Positions 26,591 to 54,049 of a stretch of DNA of 64,000 nt are shown here, in pieces (position 1 is the first letter of the stretch; every line of letters starts with the position of its first letter). Source of the stretch: Flaccisagitta enflata (taxonomy: Eukaryota); contig OZ231126.1 in assembly GCA_965153355.1 (NCBI GenBank), positions 47,492,001-47,556,000 of the forward strand. The letters are read 5' to 3'. A program made the position numbers and the translations under genes. The notes under the pieces are model-generated. The model had not been told where the DNA came from and did no database searches. It was given only the letters and a program-made list of their open reading frames with translations.

Positions 26591-26684
26591 GCTCAAAGTA
26601 GATTTGAACTCTCTACAAGTTACCTTGTGCATTCAACTTGTTCCAATTTGAAGTTAACGCCCTTACCAACCACGCCATTAGGAC
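26591..26684 (-). pseudogene. tRNA-like Pol III unit (degenerate)
   Basis: Minus strand: A box TGGCGTGGTTGG, B box GAGTTCAAATC, then a T7 run (26579-26585). Confidence 0.55.
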
Positions 26685-26830
26685 AATCACCAAAACCAAG
26701 GGAATTTTGGTGGCCTTGTTCTACAACTTTGGATCAATTTATGGGGGTTCAGTTCTGTAATGGCTATCTTATTCAATTGCCTCTCTATTAAACAAGTCTA
26801 CCAGAAATAATTTTAAGTATTTGAGTGAAT

Positions 26831-26907
26831 GTCGCAGTGGCGCAGGTGGTTAAGGCGTAGGCTTCCAGTCATTGCTCTTGAGCGTGGGTTCAAACCCTGC
26901 ATGAGGC
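26831..26907 (+). pseudogene. tRNA-like Pol III unit (degenerate cloverleaf, not a functional tRNA)
   Basis: A box TGGCGCAGGTGG, D-stem GCGC/GCGT, B box GGTTCAAACCC, T6 at 26914-26919; acceptor and anticodon stems are mismatched. Confidence 0.7.
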
Positions 26908-27652
26908 TAAAAATTTTTTAGGATGAGGGTGGTGAAAATCGCGAAATGTAAAACCTACCTGAAAAACGTGTTTCTGGCTTTGAGTAGAAACGCACCCACA
27001 GTCTGTCATTTTAAGGGACTAGCGGTGACCAATCTGAACTTACTGAGACAGCTTTATCTGGCCTAGGAGGTGCTAATGATATCCAATGAGCACCAAAAAT
27101 TGAGTAACTGACACTGCCAACAGCCTCTAACGCCCATTCACAATATAGACCAAATTGGCAAAATCATGTCCTCAGATTGGTACATATTCTGACGACTCTG
27201 GACTTTAAAAATCTGAACGAATTAGAGTTATGGGTTGAGTAGATGCGCACAAACAACAGTGCGATTTCAAATGTTCACTGGAAGCCATTTTGAGTAGGCA
27301 AATCAAATTGATTCTAATGTGAAGGTATCAAGGAATGGGCAATTCTCATAAATCAAATCGGGTGGCCCTTCACCACCTTTGTCCGATATCACATATAAAA
27401 TTTCATGCCTTCTTGAGGTCAGGAACATGAAAAAAAACGTTCCGCTAATTTTCACTACCCCAGATTGATTTGTACTGATTTGAGTTGGGTAACATGCATT
27501 TTAATTGATTCGGCCTTTGAAACTTGTTGTTTCAGGCCAGTATCTTGGTAACTCGTTGCTAGGAAAACACACAACTTTGAATTTCCGTGCTGCTTGCTTC
27601 CTAGTGTACAGTAATTCTATAGTAGTCTCTATTATGTCATGCTATATCAATA

Positions 27653-28623
27653 ACTATGGCAAAAAAAAAACCGAACAACTTTTGAGAGAGCAAAAAAGTA
27701 TGAAGATGTTGACCGATTTGCATTAAATTTACAGTGAATGATAACCATGATATGGACTATGTCTGGTTAAAATTTCATCAAAATCCGTTGAAAACTTTAG
27801 CCGTTATCGCGTTTTTACTGAAGTCACCTCTTTTTTGGATTGCCAGAGATGACGTTTATCCTAAATCAAAATAATACCATATTTAGTAAAATTGGCATTG
27901 TGCAAAAAGTTTTGGGAGTTTTGTCATGATTTTTGAACTGTAGTCTGATGGTAATATTTACTAATACTAGGCAAAATTCGTATCTACTCAGATGAAGTCT
28001 AGTGGGGTAGATAATGGTTGATTGTAAGCTGGCTCAGGATAAGAAATATTCTGCTACCTGTTAGAATATTTTTGCAATTTGGGGGACTAAAAATGCTTCA
28101 ATCTTCACAAAAATTTTACTGGAGATGAATCATATGTACAAAGGTTCCCAGTTAAAAAATCATGATAATTGGTAGAAAACTCTGGCCTTAGCATCGATTT
28201 ATATTTCAGATTTCATCTTCATTTACTTCATTTTAAAAACCACAAAAAAAGTTTTAGAAAACATGCTGTTTCTGCTAAAATAATCGGAGTTTTGCAATGA
28301 AATTTTTATCACAGCCTGCTAACAATGTGGTCTACTTCCAGTTCAAATTTCATCAAAATCGGACTAGATTTAGTACGGTTTTTTTAAGTTTGTTTATTCA
28401 TTCTTAGTAAATTCTTATGTGTGTACATTGAATTCCTGATCTTTTGACAAGCACTTTTAAAAATTCTATAATTCTCAAACTATTTAGAGCAGGTCATTGA
28501 TTTTTTCAGTGATGCTTAATGATACTAAAAAGTAAATTCAGTAAAAATTTCAGCACACTGGGTCAATTTTCAAAGGATTTATGAGCAAAAGAAGTAACTG
28601 TTCGGTTTTTTTTTTGCCATAGT
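27653..28623. mobile_element. Tc1/mariner-like non-autonomous element
   Basis: TIR ACTATGGCAAAAAAAAAACCGAACA flanked by TA. Confidence 0.82.
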
Positions 28624-29041
28624 TATTGGGTCGATCAAACAAATTTAAGTCCTTAAAAATGTGTCAACTGTACATGTCATTAATCACCATGAACCTAATT
28701 ATTGATTTTTTTCACATGAGACAACTGGAAGCCCTTAAGAAGATGGGAAAAAACAAGGCCAAGTAGGCCAATAAGGTGCGACGTGTGGATCGTCGGACGA
28801 ATGCGTTACAGACAAAACAACGGACAGAGCCAGTTATAGAGGTGCTTTGTCGCACCTAAAAAACCTCACTTATTGTGTAGTGCAGTCGGTTGATGAAGGT
28901 GAGTCAGTCACGCAGAAAGAAAGCCGCGTAAGTTGAAAACAGCTAAGAAAACAAGAGTGATGTCGAGAGTGAACAATCAGAAGAGGGTGTTTATCCCAAA
29001 TTTGGATACCTTTCACTAATGTGCATAATAACGTCTACCCC

Positions 29042-29431
29042 GTGTTCAATCTCAAAGTGGGAAAAGTAAAAAGCTTACATTCCTAAACGCAACCTGTCAA
29101 TGATTTCAAATCATTTTCCTCTTGTAGTATTATGTTTGACGTTTTTTGTATAAAAATTTCATTGGTCTAGCCTTAGTAGTTTGTCCACATCAATTTTAAG
29201 TATAACAAGTATATAAAGTTTGAGCTAAAAACCTCTCATTTTGAGCCTCCAGTGTAAACACATTTTTTACTTCAAATTGATGTTGTGGACTATCTAAGCT
29301 AGACCAATGAGATTTGTACACTAAAGACGTCAAATATATTACTACAAGAGGAAAATGGTTTGAAATCACTTAGCAAGTGTGTTTAGAAATCAAAGCGTTT
29401 TACTTTTCCCACTTTGAGATTGAACACCCTG
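29042..29431. mobile_element. Palindromic Tc1-like MITE
   Basis: IR GTGTTCAATCTCAAAGTGGGAAAAGTAAAA; right end CACCCTG|TA; left tip degenerate. Confidence 0.75.
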
Positions 29432-30291
29432 TATTAGCAGATAGCCATTTACTTTTTTTGTTCATTTTTCGCATCAGGTTGATGAAATGAACATAAATTG
29501 ATGAAAGACGTTGCTTGGATTGATTATTTTTGAATTTTCTACGCTTCTTCGTCTAATTTTGTGAGACCTGTTAGGAGTGAAGAAAGAGAGTGATATCAAG
29601 TTTGTCTGATACCGGGTGTCTGATATAAAAAAATAATATTATTTTCTTAAGGAAATTTTATGTAAATTTTCTTTTTATCGAACTCCCGGTCTGCACGGGG
29701 AAAGGTCAAAGAAAGCCTGCAGAAATTGCCATCAAAAAAGGACCCAAAGTCTGATCGATGCATGGATGTCCGGACCATCCGATCAGCCAACACAATGAAA
29801 TGACGTCAAGCTTCTTTTTGATGAATTAATAATTCGTCATTCGATGATTCACTTAACTTCACAGCAACACTTAGAATAAAACCATGAAATGCGTACATCT
29901 AGTTGGCCCAGTAAGATGACCGTGGAAGGATGAGTAAAGGATGCGAGCATGAAAGGATGCGATAGTGCGATGATGCGAGAATACGATGACGCATCGTGAT
30001 GGTTGATGCAAGGATGCGATGAAAACTGATGAGTAGAGGATGTGAAGATGCGAGGAAGGGAGGATGCGGTGCAAACTGATGAGCTTTGAGTGAGACAGAT
30101 GCAAGAATACTTGGATGCGAGGGAGAAGGCAAGCAGGGTCGAGGATGCGAACATTGAAAAACAAGGCCGGATACACGGCAATCCAGTCGGTTGGGCAGGA
30201 GCAGTGATGCGAAAATCGCTCGGAATTCAAAAATGTGACCGACCGACGGACGGACGGACGGACGGACCGACCGACAGACCAAGGTGTAGAG

Positions 30292-30622
30292 TGGGGGGGT
30301 CGGTAACAACGAACTTTGGAAATGCCAGTCGGACATATGGTCAAAGTGTGCACAATAACAATATATAAACACATGTGAAAGGAAAAAGGGGTAACACCAT
30401 ATCATTTACAGTCGTGCCACACCCCTTATTTACATTGTAATGAATAGGGAGAAGGAAGAGGAAAAGGAAGCTCCTATACTTTACAATGTGAAAGGTAGGG
30501 TTGGCACGACTGTAAATGATAGTCTCATGAACTTTTCCTTTTAGTTATTAGGTTGATTTGTGATTGCGCACGGTCTGGTGATATGTCCGATTGGCATTTA
30601 AGGTTGATATCGACCCCCCCCA
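30292..30622. mobile_element. hAT-like palindromic MITE inside a HINE
   Basis: Exact 8-bp TSD GTGTAGAG, TIR TGGGGGGGTCG, internal inverted arms. Confidence 0.85.
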
Positions 30623-30959
30623 GTGTAGAGTCGCGTGTCCGCGACTAAAAATGAGTACTTTTTTGGTCCATCATTTCGAAGCGGAATAACAATCTAAAAT
30701 GTAAAAGAGGCAATGGCCTTTTCATTTATAGGGTGTTGGCCTCGATTCTTTCTCATGAAAGTGGAGGACAGTAACAGTTTTCATGAAGTTTCCTATTCCG
30801 ACATAAACACCCCAAAAGAATTGCATGAATTGGAAAAATTTATGATACAGTAGTACCCCGCGAAAACAAATATCCCATCAAACTTCATGCTTTTTTGGCT
30901 GGATTTCTGTTATCATAAAGAAAAAGAGGAACGACTAGTGACTTAATTGGACCAAGATT

Positions 30960-31294
30960 CAGGGGTGTATATAATTGAGCGGCTTTTGATTTAATTCCCC
31001 CCGCCCCCTGCCTTTGATTTTCTTCCCCGCGACGCGTTGTATTGCGTTGCAAAATTTATGACTTTTTACCCTCAAAGCAATAAAACATTATATTATAGGT
31101 TTAAGTTGTGTTAAATTGTGTTGTAATAATCAAATTATACCTTTTGGTACTGCCAAAAATGTTAAATCTTCAAAAAGATTTCTTTTTTCTTTTTTTCAAG
31201 CTTTTGATTTTTTTCCCCATCTCCAAACCCTTTGATTTTATTCTCCCCCTCCCCGCCCCCCGGGGAGGGGAATACTCAACTTTATTCACGCCTG
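30960..31294. mobile_element. hAT-like MITE
   Basis: CAGG...CCTG termini and exact 8-bp TSD CCAAGATT. Confidence 0.85.
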
Positions 31295-33016
31295 CCAAGA
31301 TTTCATCTTGATTACAGACTGGTATCCGTCACTCATTGGTTGTTATAGGGGGATTTCACTATAGTTCATTTACAGAGCTGAAGTGGCTCATTGTGTCCAA
31401 TGTCAAGCAATGTCAAGCAATGTCAAGTTAGTGGCATGCGGGATGCGAGTAGACGACGGACGTCGAGCCGCCGGCGAAAACTGTTTCTGACATCCTCGTT
31501 GCAAAACTTTTTGTATATGTCATGTTTTTATGGAAATGAATTTGCAAACAGAAAACGGGGGATATAAAGAATAGTCGCAAAAGCGTTAGATGGTCAGCGG
31601 TAATCGTGCCGTGCCTGAGTGGGTTGTGCTTGAAGTTGAAGGGGAAGCAGGGTAGCGGCCCCGAAGGAGTCGCTGACCTCTGCTTTCACACATGGGGAAT
31701 TCTCTCCTTCTTTCTCAACCTCAGCGTAATCCCCTCAAATCCCAGTCTGGGAAAGTGGTGCAGCCTCAATACTGGAATTTGGGCCTCAGAAGGCTGATTT
31801 GAGCCTCCAGGCACTGGGTTTGGGCCTCAAGACTGGGATTTGGGCCGCAAGGCTGGAACTTGGAGGCCTCAAGACTGGAGTTTGAGTGGGGGTACGCTGA
31901 AGAAGGAGGAGAAGGAGAAAATTCCCCATATGTATGAAAGCATAGGTCATCGACCCCTTCGTAGCCGCTGCCCAAAAGGGAGAAAAGTGGAGATGAGTTG
32001 AATTAAGGTCACCACAGACAACCTCTGAGCTCTCGGGTGACAGTGGGCTCACGCGTAACGCAGGGGCGGCTTTTCGGCCGCTAGGCAAACTTTTGGTGAT
32101 CATCTAAGTTAGGGGTGTGGCGATTACGTGTCGGTTTGTTGGTCGGGTAACGCATTCGTTTGAAGATCCACACGGCGCAACTTATTGACCTACTTTTTCA
32201 TCTACATACAATATCCGTGAGATCCGCGTAATCCGTGGGAAAGTTGGAAAAGAAGAGAGGTTAGAGACATGAGAGGCAAAGGTTAATGAGACATTAGGAT
32301 CTACCAACGAGTTTATCATGGCATGACCACGATCATGAACAGTAAAACCACACCCTTACTCTACCAACGAGTTTATCATGGCATGACCACGAATGACGTC
32401 AATGAAGAATCGATTTCAATCGCCGCCGAAGCGAAAAATTAAATGCCAGTTGGTCAAGTCGCGAGGAAAAAAAAACATTCACTGAGGGATAGAAAATATC
32501 CCTTTAGCTAAAAGGGTTATTGGAGTTAAAAACTTGAATAATAACTTAAAAAAGTTTCAGGGACGATCAAAAATAAACTAGTCAATCATAATTGAGGACT
32601 ACCATATCTGTGCTGTTAGGCATAAATGTGTTGAATGCGAGGTTTTTGTACATCTGATGATGGGGAAACTTGTTCCACAGGGGGATAAATTGGAACTGAT
32701 GGATGACCGGGATAGAATTCTTAAGCATGATGGATATTTGTTTGGGCTATAGCAAACCGGAAGTTAGAGAGTCTTTTTTTTTCGTCTGCTGACGTCATCC
32801 ACTCCCCCCCCATACCCCGCCATTTCATCCACCCCTTCCCCCTACTCCCTCTCCACCCCCTCTCTTTTTATGCCTCCGTTGCCGCTTATCTCGCCTCCCT
32901 CTCATCTTCATCAGCTTCCTCTTCATCTTCCTCTGCGCCGCGTTGCGTCCGTTACCAGTAATAGCTTCCGATCTCTCTCGTTTCCCTTTCACAAATGGGA
33001 CTTTTCCATACTTTCA

Positions 33017-33077
33017 TCTTCTTCTTCTTTTTCTCCTTCTTTTTCTCCTTCTTTTTATTCGTCTTTTTCTTCTTCTT

Positions 33078-33108
<31 letters not shown>

Positions 33109-33422
33109 TTCTTCTTCTTCTTCTTCTTCTTCTTCTTCTTCTTCTTCTTCTTCTCCTCCGCCTCCGCCTCCTCCTTCTTCTTCTTCTTCTTCTTCTTCTT
33201 CTTCTTCTTCTTCTTCTTCTTCTTCTTCTTCTTCTTCTTCTTCTTCTTCTTTTTCTTCTTCTTCTTCTCCTCTTCCTCTTCTTCTTCTTCTTCTTCTTCT
33301 TCTTCTTCTTCTTCTTCTTCTTCTTCTTCTTCTTCTTCTTCTTCTTCTTCTTCTTCTTCTTCGTCTTCTTCGTCTTCTTCTACTTCTTCTTCTTCTTCCC
33401 CTTCCTCTTCTTCTTCTTCTTC
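33017..33422. repeat. (CTT)n/(CCT)n trinucleotide microsatellite
   Basis: Directly visible; source of the poly-S/L/F/E/K ORFs. Confidence 0.97.
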
Positions 33423-34410
33423 TTTTTCCTTTACTTTATTGCATCCCCTCTTCGCCATCGTCCGTGTTTTCCATATTCGCGTCTTTTCCTCCTCCTCCTC
33501 CTCCTCCTCTTCCTCGCCTTCCTCATTTCCGCCCCAACTTGGTTCCATCGTTTTCTGCTTCCATCATTCCTTCACCAAAACTGCTGCGAAGAAGACGACA
33601 ATTTTTTTGGTCTCCTAAAATTGAAAGTTTTATAAGTGGGGGAAAGCAAAAGTTGGGTTGCGCAAATAGGGAAACAAGTGACGCGGGGTCACAATATCGT
33701 TGCGGACGGGTGGGCAGGGGCAGCCAACCCCCATCCACACCTAACGCCCCTCCCAACGCCGTTCACAGACACATACACAAACAAGGCCAAGTTGGCCAAA
33801 AAGGTGCGACGTGTGGATCGTCGAACGAATGCATTACCCAACAGACCAACGGACACAGCCAGTAATAGAGGTGCTTTTTCGCACCTAAAAGCATCTGAAA
33901 CGCTCGTTTTCCCACTTTTCGATTCGTGCACACCCACGGACGGACGGACGGACGGACGGACGGACAAAGCCACTTATAGAGTTGCGTGTCCGCAACTAAA
34001 AAAGAAAGTCGATAAACAAAAGTTCAAACTAATTATTGATCAGTGGAAACATGGAAAAAAAAGAGAAAGTCGAAAAGCGTAAAACTTAAACGGGAAAGCA
34101 GGAGCTATACGTGGAAAAGTGGGAGAGCAAATGTTGTGAAGCGAAATTTAGAAAATGGGAAAGTAATAGGGTATTCCAACTTACCCACTTTTAGAAAGCG
34201 AAAAGAACAAAGCCAAAATGGGGAGAGGAGAAATGGGTTGTTGGAAAGTGGCAGCCATATAACGTAAATTATCGGGTTTTACGTTGAGTTTGAAAGTTTG
34301 AAAGCTTGAAAGTTTGAAAGTTTGAAAGTTTAGTTTGAAAGCGGAAGTGGAAAAGCGAGTATCGAAAAGCGTAAAAGTGTAAATGGCGAGGGTTTATTCA
34401 TTCGCGATAG

Positions 34411-34679
<269 letters not shown>

Positions 34680-34864
34680 ACAAATGTGTCTTTCAATCTG
34701 TCCTCCATCATTCTGCGGAATACATGGGACAATTTGGTCAAAATGGATGGGACGATGTTGCCGCGCCCTTAGGGCTTGTGTCTATTGACATAGCATTGAC
34801 AGAGCGCCGACAACATTTTAGGTCTCATTTTTTCTTCGCAGAAACATAAAAGAAACTTGAAAGA

Positions 34865-49350
<14,486 letters not shown>

Positions 49351-49689
49351 AGATGACCACAACAACCAACAATGGACTAAAAAAACAAACGAACAAAACG
49401 AATGGACAATGGAACAGACTAAATTGCTAAACGAACAAAACGGAAAATGAACTACATAGTGGAAAGAAAAAAAATAAAAAGTCAATCTATGTCCCGATAC
49501 CTTTACTGAACTAAGACGAGAGTGATACATTATTGCGGGTCAATGTAATACGCAATGGGCTCAAGTTATTTTTCAATAGGAAACCTAAAAATTTGGAAAA
49601 ATAAAAAGTTATTCTAGAACTGAAAAAATGTCATGATGCATAGTGACACAATAGCCTTTATTGACAGAGGAAGAGACAACTAACTAATA

Positions 49690-49900
<211 letters not shown>

Positions 49901-51209
49901 TCCCACAAACAGAAACAGAAACATAAACACAAACACAATTACAAAGGCAACAACGGAATATCAAATAGGAATTCAGGCGATATCGAAGATCCGGAACAAA
50001 GAGAACGGAACGAGAGAACGGAACAGTAAAGAACATTTTAAAAAAAAACGGAACAGTAAAGAACGGTTGATAGAAAACGGAACAGAACAAAAGAAAAAAA
50101 GAGATGACGGAATTATGGAATAGTAATGAGCAAAATGATGGAGACAGAAAAAAAACCCAGATGACTGAGGAACTAAATGAAGATGGAAAATAGATAAGGT
50201 TATTATCCTGATGAGAGATCCTGAGGATTCAATCTTTTACAGTTGAATTTTTAATTGGGTAGCCGTGTTTCAATATATGGAACTATTTTATATCGTCTTC
50301 ATTCATCAAATTCTGTCATGTTTTCAATTCTACGTCTCTTCATTTGGTTATACCATCCTCCTGAGATCAGATTTCAAGTTCGAAACTGGTGCGCTGCATG
50401 TAACGATGTAACATTGTGCATTTAATTTACGATTAATCACATCTATTTCGATTTTCAATTACAACGTACCTCAACAGCATGACGTTTTGATGAATTTTTT
50501 TGTCAATAGCTCAGAGTCTGGATGGAAAGGTGTAGTCGAGGATTAATGCAAGCGTGTTAAGTTAGGAGATAAAAATGAAGAAACACAATTCAAAGTTTTT
50601 CAAACAAATAATTTCATGAATACTGAACAATTTTCCATAGTCAGGTTCGGGGGAGATGGTTCGATTTATTATGGGATTGAGAAAATAGTTTGAAAGTGCA
50701 CGCCAGGGGACTGGACAAAACTATCCCTTTAGTGAAGCTTACTTATTACCAATATAGAAATAACTACAAAATCTCTTTAAGGACTGCATGTTATATGCCT
50801 TATTAGTTATAGGCGTGCATGTCTTATAAGCGGTTGCGCTATAGCGATGCTCCACTAAACACGTTCAAAACAGTAAGACATTCTGCACGAAAAGTCACCG
50901 TTTAGATTATCAAGAATAGACCTTTGCTCGATTTCGAGTGAAATCAAAAGGTTTTTTTTCGTGATTTTATTGAGTGCTTCAGAAGTTCCGAGTGACTACT
51001 TTGATTTCAATGATCCAATTTGATCCAATCGTCTAAACGGCATTTTCATGGTAGAATGACTCGACGCGTTTGATTCGGGATTCCCAATTCCAAGGACCAT
51101 CATCATTTGAATGAAATCGTTGATACGTCTCAGGGTTTTTCCGACGGTACAGAAAAAATTCCCATTTTTCTGTTTTGTTTTTGCGCGATGAGACATACGC
51201 ATCTATGGC

Positions 51210-51256
<47 letters not shown>

Positions 51257-51258
51257 GG

Positions 51259-51332
<74 letters not shown>

Positions 51333-52322
51333 GAGCGAGAGAGAAATACGGATAGAGTAGTTGCAAAGCGTAAGATAATCTGCGGTGCCGATGCCCCTTA
51401 GTTGGTGTATGTGGGGATGGGATGGGATGGGATGCTATTCTTGGGCTCATGGGATATTTTCAGGCCTTTAGGGTTGCCATAGAGGCCTTTGAGCTACGGT
51501 TTTGGCCACAAAGCTTGGCTGCAGGCTGAAAGGCCAATATTCAGGCCTCAAGTCTGAGATTTGGGCCTTATGGTTTTGAAATTGGCATAAGAGTGTGTTA
51601 AACTTCAAGTATAATGACATTCGAATCTCGTGTTTCTCGCGGGAAAATTGTGACCATTTCCGTCACAGATGAGAGCTCTCAAAGCTGATGGTAATCCAAT
51701 GGAGTTTACTTATGACCGTCACCCCCTCATTTCCCATAGAAAATGAACAGGAAGGATTTTGACCTCCAAAGCTTGACTGTTTTTCATATATTTCATTGTG
51801 GGGAAGGGCTGTTGGGTCATGGTTCATGAGTTAACTTCATCTGATCATCAAAGAACATAGAACTATGGCTCTAAGATGAAGAATATTTAGTAGATTTATC
51901 AGTAGTCTAAACTTGGGACAGAAATTACGTCCTAATAAAAAGAAGTAAACATTAAGTCACCGAATGGGTATGGGTATCAAGCCTGCTAGTAAAGCCTAAA
52001 ATTTAAGCAACAAAGCCGAAATTTGTGCCTTGAGGCTTGGATTTAGGCCTCGAGGCTAAAACTTAGGCCTACAGGCCAGAATCATAGCCACGAGGCTGGG
52101 ATTGCCCCTCAGGGCTCGGGGGAAGGGGGAGATGAACGGACGTGGGTGGAAAAAATTTTCAAATGTGAAGGCGTAGCTCATCGGTCCCCTCGGAACCGCT
52201 GCCCAAATACGGATGGACGGACAGACAGATAGACAGTAGGACATAAAAAAACGGAGACAGATCCAGAAAGTGACATCGACAGCAGAGAATACCAAATGAA
52301 TGATTGATTGATTGATCAATTA

Positions 52323-52381
<59 letters not shown>

Positions 52382-54049
52382 GATTGAATGATTGAATGAA
52401 TGAATGAATGAATGTATACATGAATGAATGAATGAATGAATGAATGAATGAATGTATACATGAATGAATGAATGACTGAATGAATGAATGAATGAATGAA
52501 TGAATGAATGATTGAATGAATGAATGATTGAATGAATGAATGAATGAAATATTGAATGAATGAATGAATGATTGAATGAATGAATGAATGAATGAATGAA
52601 TGAATGAATGAATGAATGAATGAATGATTGAATGATTGAATGAATGAATGAATGAATGAATGAATGAATGAATGAATGAATAAATGAATGAATGAATGAA
52701 TGACTATCGATCGAGGAAAGTTATCATTATGTAGGGAGGAATACAAATTGATGAAAACATAATCGACGATTCAATAATGTTTTAACGATGGCATGACCCA
52801 ACCTACAGACCAACCGACACTGACTGTCTTACCCACGCACGCGACGAACGAACTGACAACCCATCAACGTTGCTCTTTTTTTTCTGACGGTGAAAATGAT
52901 GGTCTTTCTCTTCATTGCCGCAAGAGTCCAAGTTATGAAACCCTCCCAATCTCTCTCTCGTTGATAAGGATCAAAGAAAGAAAGACAACTTCCAATATTC
53001 CAGAAACGTAAGATTTTTCGATTGTCATGTTGGGTTGGTCCGTCATGTTGTCTTGTTTTTATGATGTCATGTTTTGTTGGTCTTCCGGATTCAACCGTTC
53101 CTTACAAAATCTACATCCTAGCAACGCAAATTTTGGTTCAAGGTACTCAGTGCAGATGAGCGTAACGGGGGACAACTTATCATTTACATATATTAATGAT
53201 TTAAAAATAGCCTTTGAATAAATCGACCAGGAACAACAAAAAAAGGATCTAAATCGTTTGCCTACAAAGTGCCGTGCCAAGCCTCTTGCTTATTAGAGGA
53301 GGGATTTAACAAAATCCACCTTAACAAAAATGTAATACAGAGTTTTTTTGTGTTTTTGCACTGTACATGGGTTGTGCTAAGCTAAGAAAAAAATCTAGCC
53401 AAACATGACCTCTGTAAGGTAGCTGGTTGGGCTGTTTGTAAACGCATAAAAAATAGGGCGAAATTGATGCAAATTCATAGAAAGAAAATTTTTAAAAATG
53501 TAAAAAGTAATATAAAACTTTGTATAAAATCTTTGAATATCATGTTTGTACTCATCCATGATATCTTTTTGAGGAATTACATAAAAACATGTTTTTAAGT
53601 ATTCTGAAACAGCTTATCAACCGCTTGATTTTCTTAGTATATTGTTCAAATTCAAACAAATTTAAACAAGGCCAGATACAGGGCTACTTTTGTGCAGGTG
53701 GACAGGGGCAGTGGTAAAAAAGGCTAACCTTATATTTGGGCAGGAGCAGCAATGAGAAAACTGCCCAAAAATGCCATAAAGGCTAAGCATTTCAGATGGA
53801 CCATCGAACCAACGGATTGACCAACACTATGGGTTGTAAACTTGCATGCTTGCGACTAAAAAGATTCAATCTTTGGGTCTATGAAAATGCTGGTTTAGGA
53901 TAACTAGCTTATGTAATGATCACCTAAAGCTTCAGGATTTTAATAATGTTTCAAACAATGGAAATCCCATATTTGAAAAGAGAAAAATATAATACAAAAA
54001 TGTAATAAAACTGTACAACAACGGTCATAACAGTGATTACAGTTTAGAT

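Larger units (their letters stand above)
26501..26997. mobile_element. PIF/Harbinger-like MITE with tRNA-like units in both arms
   Basis: TIR GGGTG(T/C)GTTTCTACTCAAAG; 3-bp TSD ACA at 26498-26500 and 26998-27000. Confidence 0.8.

Noticed and set aside
26831..26907. Functional tRNA gene
   Set aside because: Acceptor and anticodon stems do not pair properly, and it sits inside a MITE.
32654..32675. CTGATGA-TGGG-GAAAC hammerhead-like string
   Set aside because: No stem II or stem I pairing.
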